The translations under genes and the position numbers were made by a program. Shown here in pieces: positions 25,319-35,004 of a stretch of 64,000 bases of DNA (its first letter is position 1; every line of letters starts with the position of its first letter). The notes under the pieces are model-generated. The model made no database searches. It was not told the origin of the DNA and saw only the letters and a program-made list of their open reading frames with translations. The stretch is from an uncultured Ruminococcus sp. (GTDB lineage: Bacteria > Bacillota > Clostridia > Oscillospirales > Acutalibacteraceae), in contig CACYSI010000001.1 in the NCBI GenBank assembly GCA_902776975.1, positions 26,661-90,660 on the forward strand, given 5' to 3'.

Positions 25319-26173
25319 ATGACAGATATCTTCACTACCCTCGCCTCATATCTTGAGCGTTCATTCGTGCAGAACGCGATCATCGTCGGCGTGCTCATAG
25401 CCCTGTGCTCCTCGCTTTTAGGCGTTACTCTGGTGCTCAAACGCTATTCATTCATCGGCGACGGACTCTCCCATGTAGCCTTCGGCGCCATGGCGATAGC
25501 CGCCGTCATCGGACTCACCGACGATATGCCTCTGACCCTCGCCATCACGGTAGTCTGCGCCGTCCTCCTGCTCAGGATGGGCAAGAACGCCAAGATCAAG
25601 GGCGACGCCGCCATCGCGGTGATATCCGTAGGCTCGCTCGCTATAGGCTATCTGCTGATGAATCTCTTCAGCACCTCGTCCAACATCAGCGGCGACGTCT
25701 GCTCCACCCTCTTCGGCTCCACCTCGATACTCACTCTCAGCTCCTTTGATGTATGGATGTGCGTCATCCTCTCAGTCATCGTAGTGCTGTTTTTCGTGCT
25801 GTTCTACAACCGCATCTTCTCGGTCACCTTTGACGAGAACTTCGCCAAGGCTACAGGTCAGCGGGCAGGACTCTATAACCTGCTCATAGCCATAGTCATA
25901 GCCGTCATAATCGTAGTATCCATGCAGCTCGTCGGCTCTCTGCTCATATCGGCTCTGGTTATCTTCCCCGCTCTGTCGGCTATGAGGGTGTTCAAGAGCT
26001 TCAAGAGCGTCACGATCTGCTCAGCGATCATATCCGTGATCTGCGCTCTCACAGGTCTTTTGATCTCTATCCTCGCGGGCACGCCCGTAGGCTCCACCAT
26101 CGTAGGCGTAGACATAGTCGTATTCATCATCTTTTTGATAATCGGAAAAATCACCGGAGGTAAAAAAGCATGA
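25319..26173 (+). CDS. znuB: Zinc ABC transporter permease
   Basis: 284-aa polytopic ABC-3 type permease directly after znuC. Confidence 0.85.
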   Translation: MTDIFTTLASYLERSFVQNAIIVGVLIALCSSLLGVTLVLKRYSFIGDGLSHVAFGAMAIAAVIGLTDDMPLTLAITVVCAVLLLRMGKNAKIKGDAAIAVISVGSLAIGYLLMNLFSTSSNISGDVCSTLFGSTSILTLSSFDVWMCVILSVIVVLFFVLFYNRIFSVTFDENFAKATGQRAGLYNLLIAIVIAVIIVVSMQLVGSLLISALVIFPALSAMRVFKSFKSVTICSAIISVICALTGLLISILAGTPVGSTIVGVDIVVFIIFLIIGKITGGKKA

Positions 26174-26622
26174 AAAAACTCATACTAATCTTAGCCGCTC
26201 TGGTCTTGATCGCGGCTCTCACAGCCTGCTCGGGCAAGACCGTAGCCACAGGCACGACAGAGACCGCCGCAAAAGCAGCTCAAAACATCGACGTAGACCT
26301 CACACAGATGAGCTCTACCATGATATACTCCGAGGTGCAGAACATGATGCTCAAGCCCGCGGATTACGTCGGCAAGACCGTCAAGATGCAGGGCGCGTTC
26401 AGCGTATCTGAGATCGGCGAAAACCGCTACTTCGCCTGTATCATCAAGGACGCTACAGCCTGCTGCGCGCAGGGCATCGAGTTTGATTGGGCGGGCGACC
26501 ACAGCTACCCCGCGGACTATCCCAAAGACGGCTCGGATATCACCGTAACGGGCGAGTTCACTACCTATAATGAGGGTCAGCAGCAGTACTGTCAGCTCAA
26601 AAACGCCGAGCTCAAATTCTGA
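26170..26622 (+). CDS. Lipoprotein of unknown function, translationally coupled to znuB
   Basis: ATGA overlap with the znuB stop. Lipobox LTACSG. Cys cluster FACIIKDATACCAQG. Confidence 0.55.
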   Translation: MKKLILILAALVLIAALTACSGKTVATGTTETAAKAAQNIDVDLTQMSSTMIYSEVQNMMLKPADYVGKTVKMQGAFSVSEIGENRYFACIIKDATACCAQGIEFDWAGDHSYPADYPKDGSDITVTGEFTTYNEGQQQYCQLKNAELKF

Positions 26623-26723
26623 TAAAGGATAATTTGTTCAGACTCTTGCAATCATACCGATAATACTCTATAATAAATCCGTCGGAGACACTCCGGCGGA
26701 TTTACTAATTAGAAAAAGGAGAG

Positions 26724-27893
26724 ATGTTTATGTACGAACAGCCCTTTAACCCTTACGCTTCTAACCTTGCCGCAGTCAAGAATTACTTTAAAAAGCCACG
26801 CGTCCTTGTTATAGCGATCCTATATGTATTGACCGCGATCGTCGGGATCATTCATTCATTGGTATCATCCGGCTCCGCGACGGGATTCATCAGCGATCTT
26901 ATGAAGTATCTTGATAAGGCGGGACTCACCAAGAATATGCCCCCCATGGATATGGAATCTGTCAACAGCGCTGTATCACAGTCCTCAGTTATATCCATGC
27001 TGCCCTCACTCATAATATCCGCGGCTGTTACCTTGCTTATAGCCGCCGCTTTCTTTATCATTTATTTCAAGAGCCGCAACGAGTCTGCCGAGTCTACCCC
27101 GAGCGCCGGCGTCACCATCATGTACGTTCTTTCGATCATTTCGCTGATCTTCATCATCATCGGTTTTATCGGTATGGTCGTGATCGCTGCGATACTTTTC
27201 ATTTTTTCGGGTGCGGTCGCCGATTCTATCGGTAACTCCAGGATCGTCGATCTCGGCAACGGTTATCAGTTGAATCTCAACGGTTCCGCGGTAGCCACGG
27301 TCATGATCATCATTGCCGTACTTCTTCTCATTATCGCCGCGTTCCTCCTGTTCACGGCTATCAACAAGTTCCGTTATTACAGCTCCGTCAGGACAAGCAT
27401 CAGCTCAGTTTCTCTTCAGAGCGGCGGCGCTAAGCCCTACGGCGTTATGTGCGTCATCAGCGCTGTTTTCAGCGCTTTCGGCATACTCGGCTCGATCGGC
27501 AGCTTTTTATTCTTCGGCAATTCGGGATTCTCGAGTCTGACGGGAGTGTCGCTCATCACCATACTCGGCAACATCCTAACATTTGCGACCCTTGTCGTTG
27601 ACGCAAAGATCGCACTCGGATACAAAAAGCATATCGACGAGCTTATGTACGGCTACAACGAGCCTACTTACGGCGGCTCACAGCCTGACGCAGCTCCCCT
27701 GCCCGAGTACAGACAGGATGCCGTGAGCACTGAGCAAAACCCATATTCAGCTCCTCAGCCCGCTCCCTATAACGACGGCTTTACACAGACCTCACAGCCG
27801 AACGACCGACCCGCTGCTCCCGCGGTATGTCCCAACTGCGGCGCGCCCACCGAGGGAGGCGCCTTCTGCGGCAACTGCGGTACCAAGCTGTGA
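26724..27893 (+). CDS. Polytopic membrane protein with C-terminal zinc-ribbon
   Basis: Multiple hydrophobic segments, a Pro/Gln-rich linker, and C-terminal CPNCGAPTEGGAFCGNCG. An alternative ATG at 26730 has better RBS spacing. Confidence 0.55.
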   Translation: MFMYEQPFNPYASNLAAVKNYFKKPRVLVIAILYVLTAIVGIIHSLVSSGSATGFISDLMKYLDKAGLTKNMPPMDMESVNSAVSQSSVISMLPSLIISAAVTLLIAAAFFIIYFKSRNESAESTPSAGVTIMYVLSIISLIFIIIGFIGMVVIAAILFIFSGAVADSIGNSRIVDLGNGYQLNLNGSAVATVMIIIAVLLLIIAAFLLFTAINKFRYYSSVRTSISSVSLQSGGAKPYGVMCVISAVFSAFGILGSIGSFLFFGNSGFSSLTGVSLITILGNILTFATLVVDAKIALGYKKHIDELMYGYNEPTYGGSQPDAAPLPEYRQDAVSTEQNPYSAPQPAPYNDGFTQTSQPNDRPAAPAVCPNCGAPTEGGAFCGNCGTKL

Positions 27894-27940
27894 TACAGCC
27901 GTAAGAACATATCTTAACAAGATCACATTACAAAAAAACA

Positions 27941-27979
27941 ACTGCCGCAGAGTTATCTTTTCGATAGCCCTGCGGCAGT
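27941..27979. terminator. Bidirectional Rho-independent terminator between convergent genes
   Basis: aaaaaaaca-actgccgcag...ctgcggcagt-attttta. Confidence 0.75.
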
Positions 27980-27991
27980 ATTTTTATTATT

Positions 27992-29392
27992 TTACATAAG
28001 CTCCTCGAGCTCGGCAAACTTCACCTTGCCGTACTCGTTGCGCGGTATTTTATCCACAACATATACCCTGAAGGCTGAGTTGTGCAGATTGGTCTTTGCG
28101 CTTATGAAGGGTATTATCTCATCCTTGATCCGCTCGTCAACGGTGAAGATGCTCATACGCTTATCGTCACCGGTACACACGCAGTCCGCGTCGGGATACT
28201 GCGACTTTAAGATGCGCTCGGTCTCGTCGAGGCTGACTCTCAGTCCAAACAGCTTCAAAAACCTGCCCTTGCGCCCGATGATATAGTAGTAGCCGTCGGC
28301 GTCTCGCTTCGCGATATCACCTGTATGATACTCACCGCAGAACTCATCGTCCTTTATAAGATCCTCTTTGCATACGGCGTAGCCCATAGTCACGTTGGGG
28401 CCTCTGTAGCCGAGCTCACCGGTCACACAGCCGTCCTCGCCCTGAGCCTCATCTATCAGAAACAGCTCTCCCTCGGGGATAGCCTTGCCGATGCTGCCGA
28501 TCTTATCTTCAGCCATTTTCGGGTCAAGAAACGCCATACGCGCGCTTGTCTCGCTGGTGCCGAAGGTCGCGCAAAAGCGCTTGCCGTTGTTCTTGCAGTA
28601 AGCGGCTGTCCACTTAAACATCTTATCGGTCAGCTTACCGCCGCCCTCTGCTAAGGTATACAGCTCGGGCAGCTCCATCCTGTCAAAGCCGATACGCCGC
28701 ATTATCTCATAGCTGAACGGCACGCCGCAAAAGCTCGTACCGCCGTTCTCTTTGATGAAGCTCCAAAAGTCGGGATCCATCAGATTAGCCTTGACCATAA
28801 GTACCGAAGCGCCTACTGCCAAATGGCTGTTGATTACGTTCAGGCCCATGGTATAGTTCATCGGGAGGTCGCATATGCCCTTCTCTTCTTCACGCCACTC
28901 AAAGACCTTGGCTACATTTCGCGCGTTAGCCTCAAGGTTACCGTATTTATGGCGCACGAGCTTAGGACTGCCCGTAGAGCCCGAGGTAGTGAGCAGCATA
29001 GAGAGCTTATCATTCAGCTCATAAGGCTTATGAGCCGTCTTTACCAGCGCGTAGCCGTAGGCTGAGTATATTTTTTCTCCGCCGAGCTCGTCGGACATCC
29101 GCTCGGGAGCCCAGTAGTAAGACGGCTGATACACCTCGTCAAGATTCGTTCTCAGACCGCTGTCGAGCTTAGCGCTCAGCAGCAGCGGGACCTGTTTATT
29201 GTTTTCAAAGGCAAGATAGCCTACGAGCGACCCCGCGCAGCTCTCGCACATACAAAAAACTACGCATCTGGGCAGAGCGAGCTCTTCAAAAGCGCGTACG
29301 GTATCGCATACGTCGCGGTAGCTCAGCTCATATCCCGAGTCGTCCTTTATCGCTGTCTTATCCTGATTATGCTTATCTAAATCTAAAAACAC
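27992..29392 (-). CDS. Adenylate-forming enzyme (AMP-dependent synthetase/ligase, DltA-like acyl/aminoacyl-carrier-protein ligase)
   Basis: LLTTSGSTGSPKLV AMP-binding motif, YHTGD and GRKGRFLKLFGLRV core motifs. GTG start at 29392. Last gene of the polysaccharide locus. Confidence 0.8.
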   Translation of the reverse strand: MFLDLDKHNQDKTAIKDDSGYELSYRDVCDTVRAFEELALPRCVVFCMCESCAGSLVGYLAFENNKQVPLLLSAKLDSGLRTNLDEVYQPSYYWAPERMSDELGGEKIYSAYGYALVKTAHKPYELNDKLSMLLTTSGSTGSPKLVRHKYGNLEANARNVAKVFEWREEEKGICDLPMNYTMGLNVINSHLAVGASVLMVKANLMDPDFWSFIKENGGTSFCGVPFSYEIMRRIGFDRMELPELYTLAEGGGKLTDKMFKWTAAYCKNNGKRFCATFGTSETSARMAFLDPKMAEDKIGSIGKAIPEGELFLIDEAQGEDGCVTGELGYRGPNVTMGYAVCKEDLIKDDEFCGEYHTGDIAKRDADGYYYIIGRKGRFLKLFGLRVSLDETERILKSQYPDADCVCTGDDKRMSIFTVDERIKDEIIPFISAKTNLHNSAFRVYVVDKIPRNEYGKVKFAELEELM

Positions 29393-29427
29393 TGCTATGC
29401 ACCACTTTTATCAAAGGTAACTATGTT

Positions 29428-30603
29428 TTACTTTTTGAACATTCGCATGAGCTTGCGCGGTATCCGCGTGAGCTTCTGCTTTTTAAGTATCTTATGTCTG
29501 CTGCTCAGATACATCCTATCCGCCGTGTCCCAGTCGCTCCTGCGCAGCTCTTCAAAGAACGCCTGTCTGTTATCGGGCATTTTATGATGACCCTCTGCAG
29601 GCTCTTTTACAAGGCTGTTCTTCTCGATGGCATATATCGCGTCGCTCATGACATACTTGACACGACCCTTTATCTTTTCAAACAGGCGTTTACCCTGTTC
29701 GGTGTTTACCAAAATCAATGACACGCCGTCCTTAGGCTTAAAGTCGCCGTGATGCTTTTCAACGCCCCAGTAGTCGCCTATAGTCATGTCCGACGCCCTG
29801 TACAAGCTCTTGTAATTACAGCCGTAACAGGACTTTCTCCATGATATCCTCGATTTCGAACAAAAAGCGAAGTAAAAGCTGTTTTCAAGGTAGTTCTCGT
29901 AGTGCTTTACGCCGTTTATATAGTAGGTGCAGCACACTCCCGAACCGTTTTTCTCTTTATCTCTGAACTGAAAACGCAGATTTTTTCTGCCCTCTTTGTC
30001 AGTCAGCGTCTCAAGGTATCTCTGAAAAGCGTACGGGCTCGGAGCGCCGCCGCATAAGATATCTACCGTAAACAGATTCTCATGATCCTTTTTCAGATAC
30101 TTTCTCAGACCCGCTGTCTGGCACGGCAGACCGGTATACAAAACGGTCCTGCCCTCCTCAAGATCCTTTTTGACAAGAGGATAGCTGAGCGACGAGTCAC
30201 TCCATACATACTTAGAGCCGTGCACGGGCGCGATCTGCTCCAATGCGTCAAATCTCTGTATAAAAGCGTTGTAATCATCATCATAGTTACAGGCATATAC
30301 AGCGCCGCCCTCAGAGAGGATACTGTCGGCAAGAGCATAGAACAATCCGCCCGATGTGCTGACTCTCAGCACATCCTTATCGTTTACCTGAGCGGCATAG
30401 CACTGAGAGGGCTTGTTGAAGCTCTCAAAGCCGAGAGCGTGACACACCTTCATACACTGGCCGCATTTTATACATTTTTCATCGTTTATCTGAGGATACA
30501 AAAAACCGTCGGTCTGTTCGACCATGGTTATTGCGCCGACCGAACAAATATTCATACAGGCAGAGCAGCCCGTACATGATGTGGCAGGAAGTTGAATATT
30601 CAT
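29428..30603 (-). CDS. 2x[4Fe-4S] ferredoxin-domain plus FrhB-like (coenzyme F420 hydrogenase/dehydrogenase beta family) protein
   Basis: N-terminal CTGCSACMNIC and CIKCGQCMKVC clusters. The C-terminal region is collinear with the C-terminal half of 36718..38991. Confidence 0.7.
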   Translation of the reverse strand: MNIQLPATSCTGCSACMNICSVGAITMVEQTDGFLYPQINDEKCIKCGQCMKVCHALGFESFNKPSQCYAAQVNDKDVLRVSTSGGLFYALADSILSEGGAVYACNYDDDYNAFIQRFDALEQIAPVHGSKYVWSDSSLSYPLVKKDLEEGRTVLYTGLPCQTAGLRKYLKKDHENLFTVDILCGGAPSPYAFQRYLETLTDKEGRKNLRFQFRDKEKNGSGVCCTYYINGVKHYENYLENSFYFAFCSKSRISWRKSCYGCNYKSLYRASDMTIGDYWGVEKHHGDFKPKDGVSLILVNTEQGKRLFEKIKGRVKYVMSDAIYAIEKNSLVKEPAEGHHKMPDNRQAFFEELRRSDWDTADRMYLSSRHKILKKQKLTRIPRKLMRMFKK

Positions 30604-30680
30604 TATATCACCTTGATCGGTTATTTATGCTGTTTCGATAAAAACCGCAAATTTTTTGAGCTTTCTTTTGCTGACAGGTA

Positions 30681-31445
30681 TCACATTATTGTACAGCCGT
30701 CTACCGCGAGTATCTGACCCGACACATACTCCGAGAGATCGGACAGCATGAACATACAGGCTCCCGCTATGTCCTCCGGCTCGGCGAGTCTGCCCATACA
30801 GATATTGTCGATACGGCTCTTGAGTTTTTCGGGATCGGCCTGCTGCATCATAGCGGTGTTTGTCAGACCGGGAGCTATCGCGTTGACCCTGATCTTCTTA
30901 TCGGCGAGCTCCTTAGCGGCTGACTTCGTCAGAGAGATGACCGCGCCCTTGGTAGCCGAGTAGATCATCTGACCGCGGTTGCCTCTGAGCGCCGTCATAG
31001 AGGCGATATTGACTATCGAGCCGCCTTTTTCCTGGCGACCCATGACGCGGCTGACTATCTCAAGCATATTAACGGTGCCGAAGACATTGACGTCAAACAT
31101 CATCTGCATATGCTTACGATCTATCATGCCGATCAGCTCATTGAACTCTACGCCGGCGTTGTTCACCAGACCGTCTATGTGACCGCACGCCTTCTTGACC
31201 TGCATCACGGCAGTCTTTACCTGCTGAACGTCTGTGATATCAAAGTAAAGCGGACGTACCTCGCCCGACGCGCTCTCATTCACGCTGCCGCACCATTCTT
31301 CGACAGCGCCCTCGCGCACGTCGTTGGCATATACTACAGCGCCGTTCCCGACAAAAAGCTCAGCCATAGCCTGACCTATGCCTCTGCCTGCTCCGGTCAC
31401 GATAACCACTTTGTTTTCCAACAGATTGTTATTCATCTCGCTCAT
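30681..31445 (-). CDS. SDR-family oxidoreductase (FabG-like 3-oxoacyl reductase)
   Basis: TGAGRGIG cofactor motif, NNAG, S...YSATK catalytic pattern. Confidence 0.85.
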   Translation of the reverse strand: MSEMNNNLLENKVVIVTGAGRGIGQAMAELFVGNGAVVYANDVREGAVEEWCGSVNESASGEVRPLYFDITDVQQVKTAVMQVKKACGHIDGLVNNAGVEFNELIGMIDRKHMQMMFDVNVFGTVNMLEIVSRVMGRQEKGGSIVNIASMTALRGNRGQMIYSATKGAVISLTKSAAKELADKKIRVNAIAPGLTNTAMMQQADPEKLKSRIDNICMGRLAEPEDIAGACMFMLSDLSEYVSGQILAVDGCTIM

Positions 31446-31454
31446 ACCTACCTC

Positions 31455-32867
31455 TTATCTGTCCCAGACGACATTTATCTCCGTGACCTTTTCTTCTTCG
31501 GGCTGCGCGTACTTTTTCTTCAGGAACTCAGGTCCCACCTGAGGGAAGAGCACACAGCTGAGCACATCCTCATCGCTTCTCGCGATATCACCGTAGCTCT
31601 CTCTGTCCCGCTCCAGCTCAGGCTCGAGCAGATCGGCGGGTCGGCATCGGATGACCTCATCGTCGCCTATAGCCTTTTTGCGGACGTCCTCGTTGACCTT
31701 GCCCGGCAGACATCCGTATTCTCCTCTGAGCAAGCCCTTTGACTCTTTGGTAAAGGTACCGTAACGCTCGCCGAACAGAACGTTCAGCACAGCCTGAGTA
31801 CCCACGATCTGGCTTGTGGGAGTGACTAACGGAGGATAGCCGAAGTCCTCGCGCACTCCGGGCACTTCCCTGAGAACATCCTCTAACTTATCGTCGGCGT
31901 CAGCCTCATGGAGCTGCGACATCAGATTCGACAGCATACCGCCCGGCACCTGATACAGCAGGGTATTGGGGTCGGTACGCAGCACCTTGGGATTGAGTAT
32001 GCCTTCATCCTGCAGGCGCTGAGCGACGTTTCTGAAGTGCTTAGCCGCCTTGTTCAGCTTTTTCGGATCCAGCCCGGTATCACGGGGAGTTCCCCTGAAC
32101 GCCGCGACCATAGACTCGGTGGCAGGCTGAGCGGTGCCGTCGGCGAACGGCGACAGAGCGCAGTCTATGATATCTACGCCCGCCATAGCCGCCGCCATAT
32201 ATACCATAGCGCCGGTACCGGTAGTATTATGTGTATGCAGGTGGACGGGCACGCTCACCCTGTCCTTGATCTTCTTTATCAGTGTATAAGCGTTATCTGG
32301 CAGCAGGATATTAGCCATATCCTTGATACAGATAGTATCCGCGCCCATGTTTTCGAGCTTTGCCGCAAGCTCGACAAAGTAGTCGTCGCTGTGTACCGGG
32401 CTTGTGGTATAGCTGATAGCCGCCTCACAGTGAGCGCCGTACTTCTTCACGCTCTCCATAGCCGCCTGCATATTGCGCACATCGTTGAGAGCGTCAAATA
32501 TCCTGACGATGTCTATACCGTTCTCTATTGATTTTTTGCAGAATTCATCTACGACGTCATCTGCGTAGTGACGGTAGCCGAGCAGGTTCTGACCTCTCAG
32601 CAGCATCTGTAACCTTGTGTCCGGCAGAGCTCTCCTCAGCGCTCTGAGCCTGTCCCACGGATCCTCATCAAGAAACCGCATACAGGCGTCAAAGGTAGCG
32701 CCGCCCCAACACTCGAGCGACCAGTAGCCCGCCTCGTTGAGAGCCTCACAGGCAGGCAGCATATCCTCAAGGCGCATACGCGTAGCAGCCTGCGACTGAT
32801 GAGCGTCGCGCAGGATAGTGTCGGTTATATACAGCTTTTGCGCCGGAAAATTCAGCTTGTTCTCCAT
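31455..32867 (-). CDS. Carboxyltransferase 5S-type subunit (oxaloacetate decarboxylase alpha / transcarboxylase 5S family), without its own biotinyl domain
   Basis: LYITDTILRDAHQSQAATRM, HLHTHNTTG (HMGL-like TIM barrel) and a conserved C-terminal region. Ends without an AMKM motif. Confidence 0.85.
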   Translation of the reverse strand: MENKLNFPAQKLYITDTILRDAHQSQAATRMRLEDMLPACEALNEAGYWSLECWGGATFDACMRFLDEDPWDRLRALRRALPDTRLQMLLRGQNLLGYRHYADDVVDEFCKKSIENGIDIVRIFDALNDVRNMQAAMESVKKYGAHCEAAISYTTSPVHSDDYFVELAAKLENMGADTICIKDMANILLPDNAYTLIKKIKDRVSVPVHLHTHNTTGTGAMVYMAAAMAGVDIIDCALSPFADGTAQPATESMVAAFRGTPRDTGLDPKKLNKAAKHFRNVAQRLQDEGILNPKVLRTDPNTLLYQVPGGMLSNLMSQLHEADADDKLEDVLREVPGVREDFGYPPLVTPTSQIVGTQAVLNVLFGERYGTFTKESKGLLRGEYGCLPGKVNEDVRKKAIGDDEVIRCRPADLLEPELERDRESYGDIARSDEDVLSCVLFPQVGPEFLKKKYAQPEEEKVTEINVVWDR

Positions 32868-32880
32868 AGTTACCGCCTTA

Positions 32881-33258
32881 TCAGCCGATCGTAAACAGTA
32901 TCTCGCCGCCCGCGACAGTCTGTCCTTCGGCTACGCGCAGCTCGGACAGCACTCCGTCTTTCGCGGCAGTTATCTCATTTTCCATTTTCATAGCCTCAAG
33001 CACCAGTATGGGCTGACCCTTGCTGACCTTATCGCCCTGAGCCGCCATAAGCTGCACGATCGTGCCCGGCATAGGGCTGACTACCGTACCGTCCGCCGAC
33101 GCGCTATCAGCCTGTACGGGGGCTTTCTGCGCCGCGGGAGTCTCTGTGCTGCGAACAGCGGGCACAGCTTCGGTCTTTATCGGGGCGGAGCCTTCTTCGA
33201 TCAGCTCGACCTCCATCTCATAAACCTCTGAGTTGAGGGTGATTCTGTATTTACTCAT
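32881..33258 (-). CDS. Biotin carboxyl carrier protein (1.3S-like, ~125 aa)
   Basis: C-terminal LVLEAMKMENEI biotinylation motif. The MSKYRITLN start at 33258 is chosen so the gene abuts the upstream stop at 33263. Confidence 0.85.
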   Translation of the reverse strand: MSKYRITLNSEVYEMEVELIEEGSAPIKTEAVPAVRSTETPAAQKAPVQADSASADGTVVSPMPGTIVQLMAAQGDKVSKGQPILVLEAMKMENEITAAKDGVLSELRVAEGQTVAGGEILFTIG

Positions 33259-33262
33259 TAGA

Positions 33263-33448
33263 TCAGTCTCCCAGTTGATATTTTTTGTAAGCGATACCGC
33301 GCTCTTCGATATACTCTTCAAGAGCGCTCTTTCCTATCTTCCTGAAGGATCTCACTCTGATGTTTTTGATATCGGCGCCGCTCTCCTCAGCGATCGCGGC
33401 TATCGCCATTGCGACTATCGCTTCATCGTTCAGTTTCAATGCGGACAC
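33263..33448 (-). CDS. Small (61 aa) OadG/MmdE-like accessory subunit, hypothetical
   Basis: DEAIVAMAIAAIAEE resembles the conserved C-terminal motif of small decarboxylase subunits, but there is no TM helix. It sits tightly between the 12S-like and BCCP genes. Confidence 0.45.
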   Translation of the reverse strand: MSALKLNDEAIVAMAIAAIAEESGADIKNIRVRSFRKIGKSALEEYIEERGIAYKKYQLGD

Positions 33449-33453
33449 CTCCG

Positions 33454-35004
33454 TTACAGCGGGATATTGCCGTGCTTTTTGAAGGGTCTGTTCTGCTTTT
33501 TGTTTTCAAGCATCCTTAAAGCGGATACGACCCTGATTTTTGTTTCTTCGGGCAGTATTACCTCGTCGACATAGCCGTGCTCGGCGGCTATATACGGGTT
33601 CATAAATTTTTCGTTATATTCGTTTATCAGTTCTTCGCGCTTAGCCGAGGAATCCTCAGCGGCGTCGATGGCTCTCCTGCCGATGATCGCGACAGCGCCC
33701 GAGGCGCCCATTACCGCTATCTCGGCGATAGGCCACGCAAATACCACGTCGGCGCCGATGCCCTTGCTGTTCATCGCGATATACGCGCCGCCGTAAGCCT
33801 TTCGCATTATTACCGAGATCTTCGGTACCGTAGCCTCAGAGTACGCGTACAGCATCTTAGCGCCGTGGCGTATTATACCGCCGTGCTCCTGCTGACTGCC
33901 GGGCAGGAACGCCGGTACGTCCACTAAGGTGAGCAGGGGTATATCAAAACAGTCGCAGAAGCGTATGAAGCGCGCTCCCTTGTCCGACGCGTTTATCTCA
34001 AGCGAGCCTGCCATATAGTTGCTCTGATTCGCGACAAGACCCACGGTCTTGCCCTCGATACGAGCGAAGCCTACCACTATGTTCTTTGCAAATGTTGCCT
34101 GTACCTCCATGAAAGAGCCTTCATCTATGAAGGTATCTATGACGTCTCTCACATCATAGCCCTTTTTAGAGTCCGCGGGCACTATCTCAGGCAGCTGTAA
34201 GCAGCGGTCTACCGATCTTCCGCTTACGGTCAGGCTCTCATCCTCGTTGCTCTGAGGCAGATAACCCAGCAGCCTTCTCACGCCGTTGAGACAGCTCAGA
34301 TCATCGGGATATACAAAGTGAGCCACACCCGACACACTGCCGTGTACCTCAGCGCCGCCCAGCTCGGCGGCTGTTATGACCTCACCGGTAACGGATTTTA
34401 CTACCGAGGGTCCTGTGATGTACATCTGACTGTTCTCTTCTGTCATGAAGATATAATCACAAATAGCCGGCGAGTAACAGGCTCCGCCGGCACAAGGGCC
34501 GAGTATTACCGATATCTGCGGGATAACGCCCGAAGCTATGGTGTTGCGGTAAAAAATGTCAGCGTAACCCGCGAGGCTGTCGATACCCTCTTCGATTCGC
34601 GCGCCGCCGCTGTCGTTTACGGATATGAACGGCGCCTTCATCTCGAGCGCCATATCCATGACGCGGCATATCTTCATAGCGTGAGCCTCTCCGAGAGAGC
34701 CGCCGCCTACCGTGAAATCCTGCGACGCGGCATACGCTAACCTGCCGTGGATATATCCGTAGCCGGTCACTACTCCGTCGCCGGGGCGCTTCTTTTTATC
34801 CATGCCGAAATCCGTGCAGCGCGACGCTATAAGGTCGTTCACCTCGACAAAGGTATTGTCGTCAAACAGCGCCTCAAGCCTCTCCCTCGCGGTCAGCTTG
34901 CCCTTTTCATGCTGTTTGTCGATCCTCGCCTTGCCGCCGCCCTCACGCGCCGATTTGCGCCTTTCATTCAACTTTTCGGTTTTTTCTTTCCATATATTGT
35001 CCAT
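33454..35004 (-). CDS. Acyl-CoA carboxyltransferase, 12S / propionyl-CoA carboxylase beta / MmdA family
   Basis: 516 aa starting MDNIWKEKTEKLNERR...KLTARERL. Two crotonase-like CT halves. Its ATG overlaps the flippase stop by 1 nt (TAATG at 35002-35006). Confidence 0.88.
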   Translation of the reverse strand: MDNIWKEKTEKLNERRKSAREGGGKARIDKQHEKGKLTARERLEALFDDNTFVEVNDLIASRCTDFGMDKKKRPGDGVVTGYGYIHGRLAYAASQDFTVGGGSLGEAHAMKICRVMDMALEMKAPFISVNDSGGARIEEGIDSLAGYADIFYRNTIASGVIPQISVILGPCAGGACYSPAICDYIFMTEENSQMYITGPSVVKSVTGEVITAAELGGAEVHGSVSGVAHFVYPDDLSCLNGVRRLLGYLPQSNEDESLTVSGRSVDRCLQLPEIVPADSKKGYDVRDVIDTFIDEGSFMEVQATFAKNIVVGFARIEGKTVGLVANQSNYMAGSLEINASDKGARFIRFCDCFDIPLLTLVDVPAFLPGSQQEHGGIIRHGAKMLYAYSEATVPKISVIMRKAYGGAYIAMNSKGIGADVVFAWPIAEIAVMGASGAVAIIGRRAIDAAEDSSAKREELINEYNEKFMNPYIAAEHGYVDEVILPEETKIRVVSALRMLENKKQNRPFKKHGNIPL

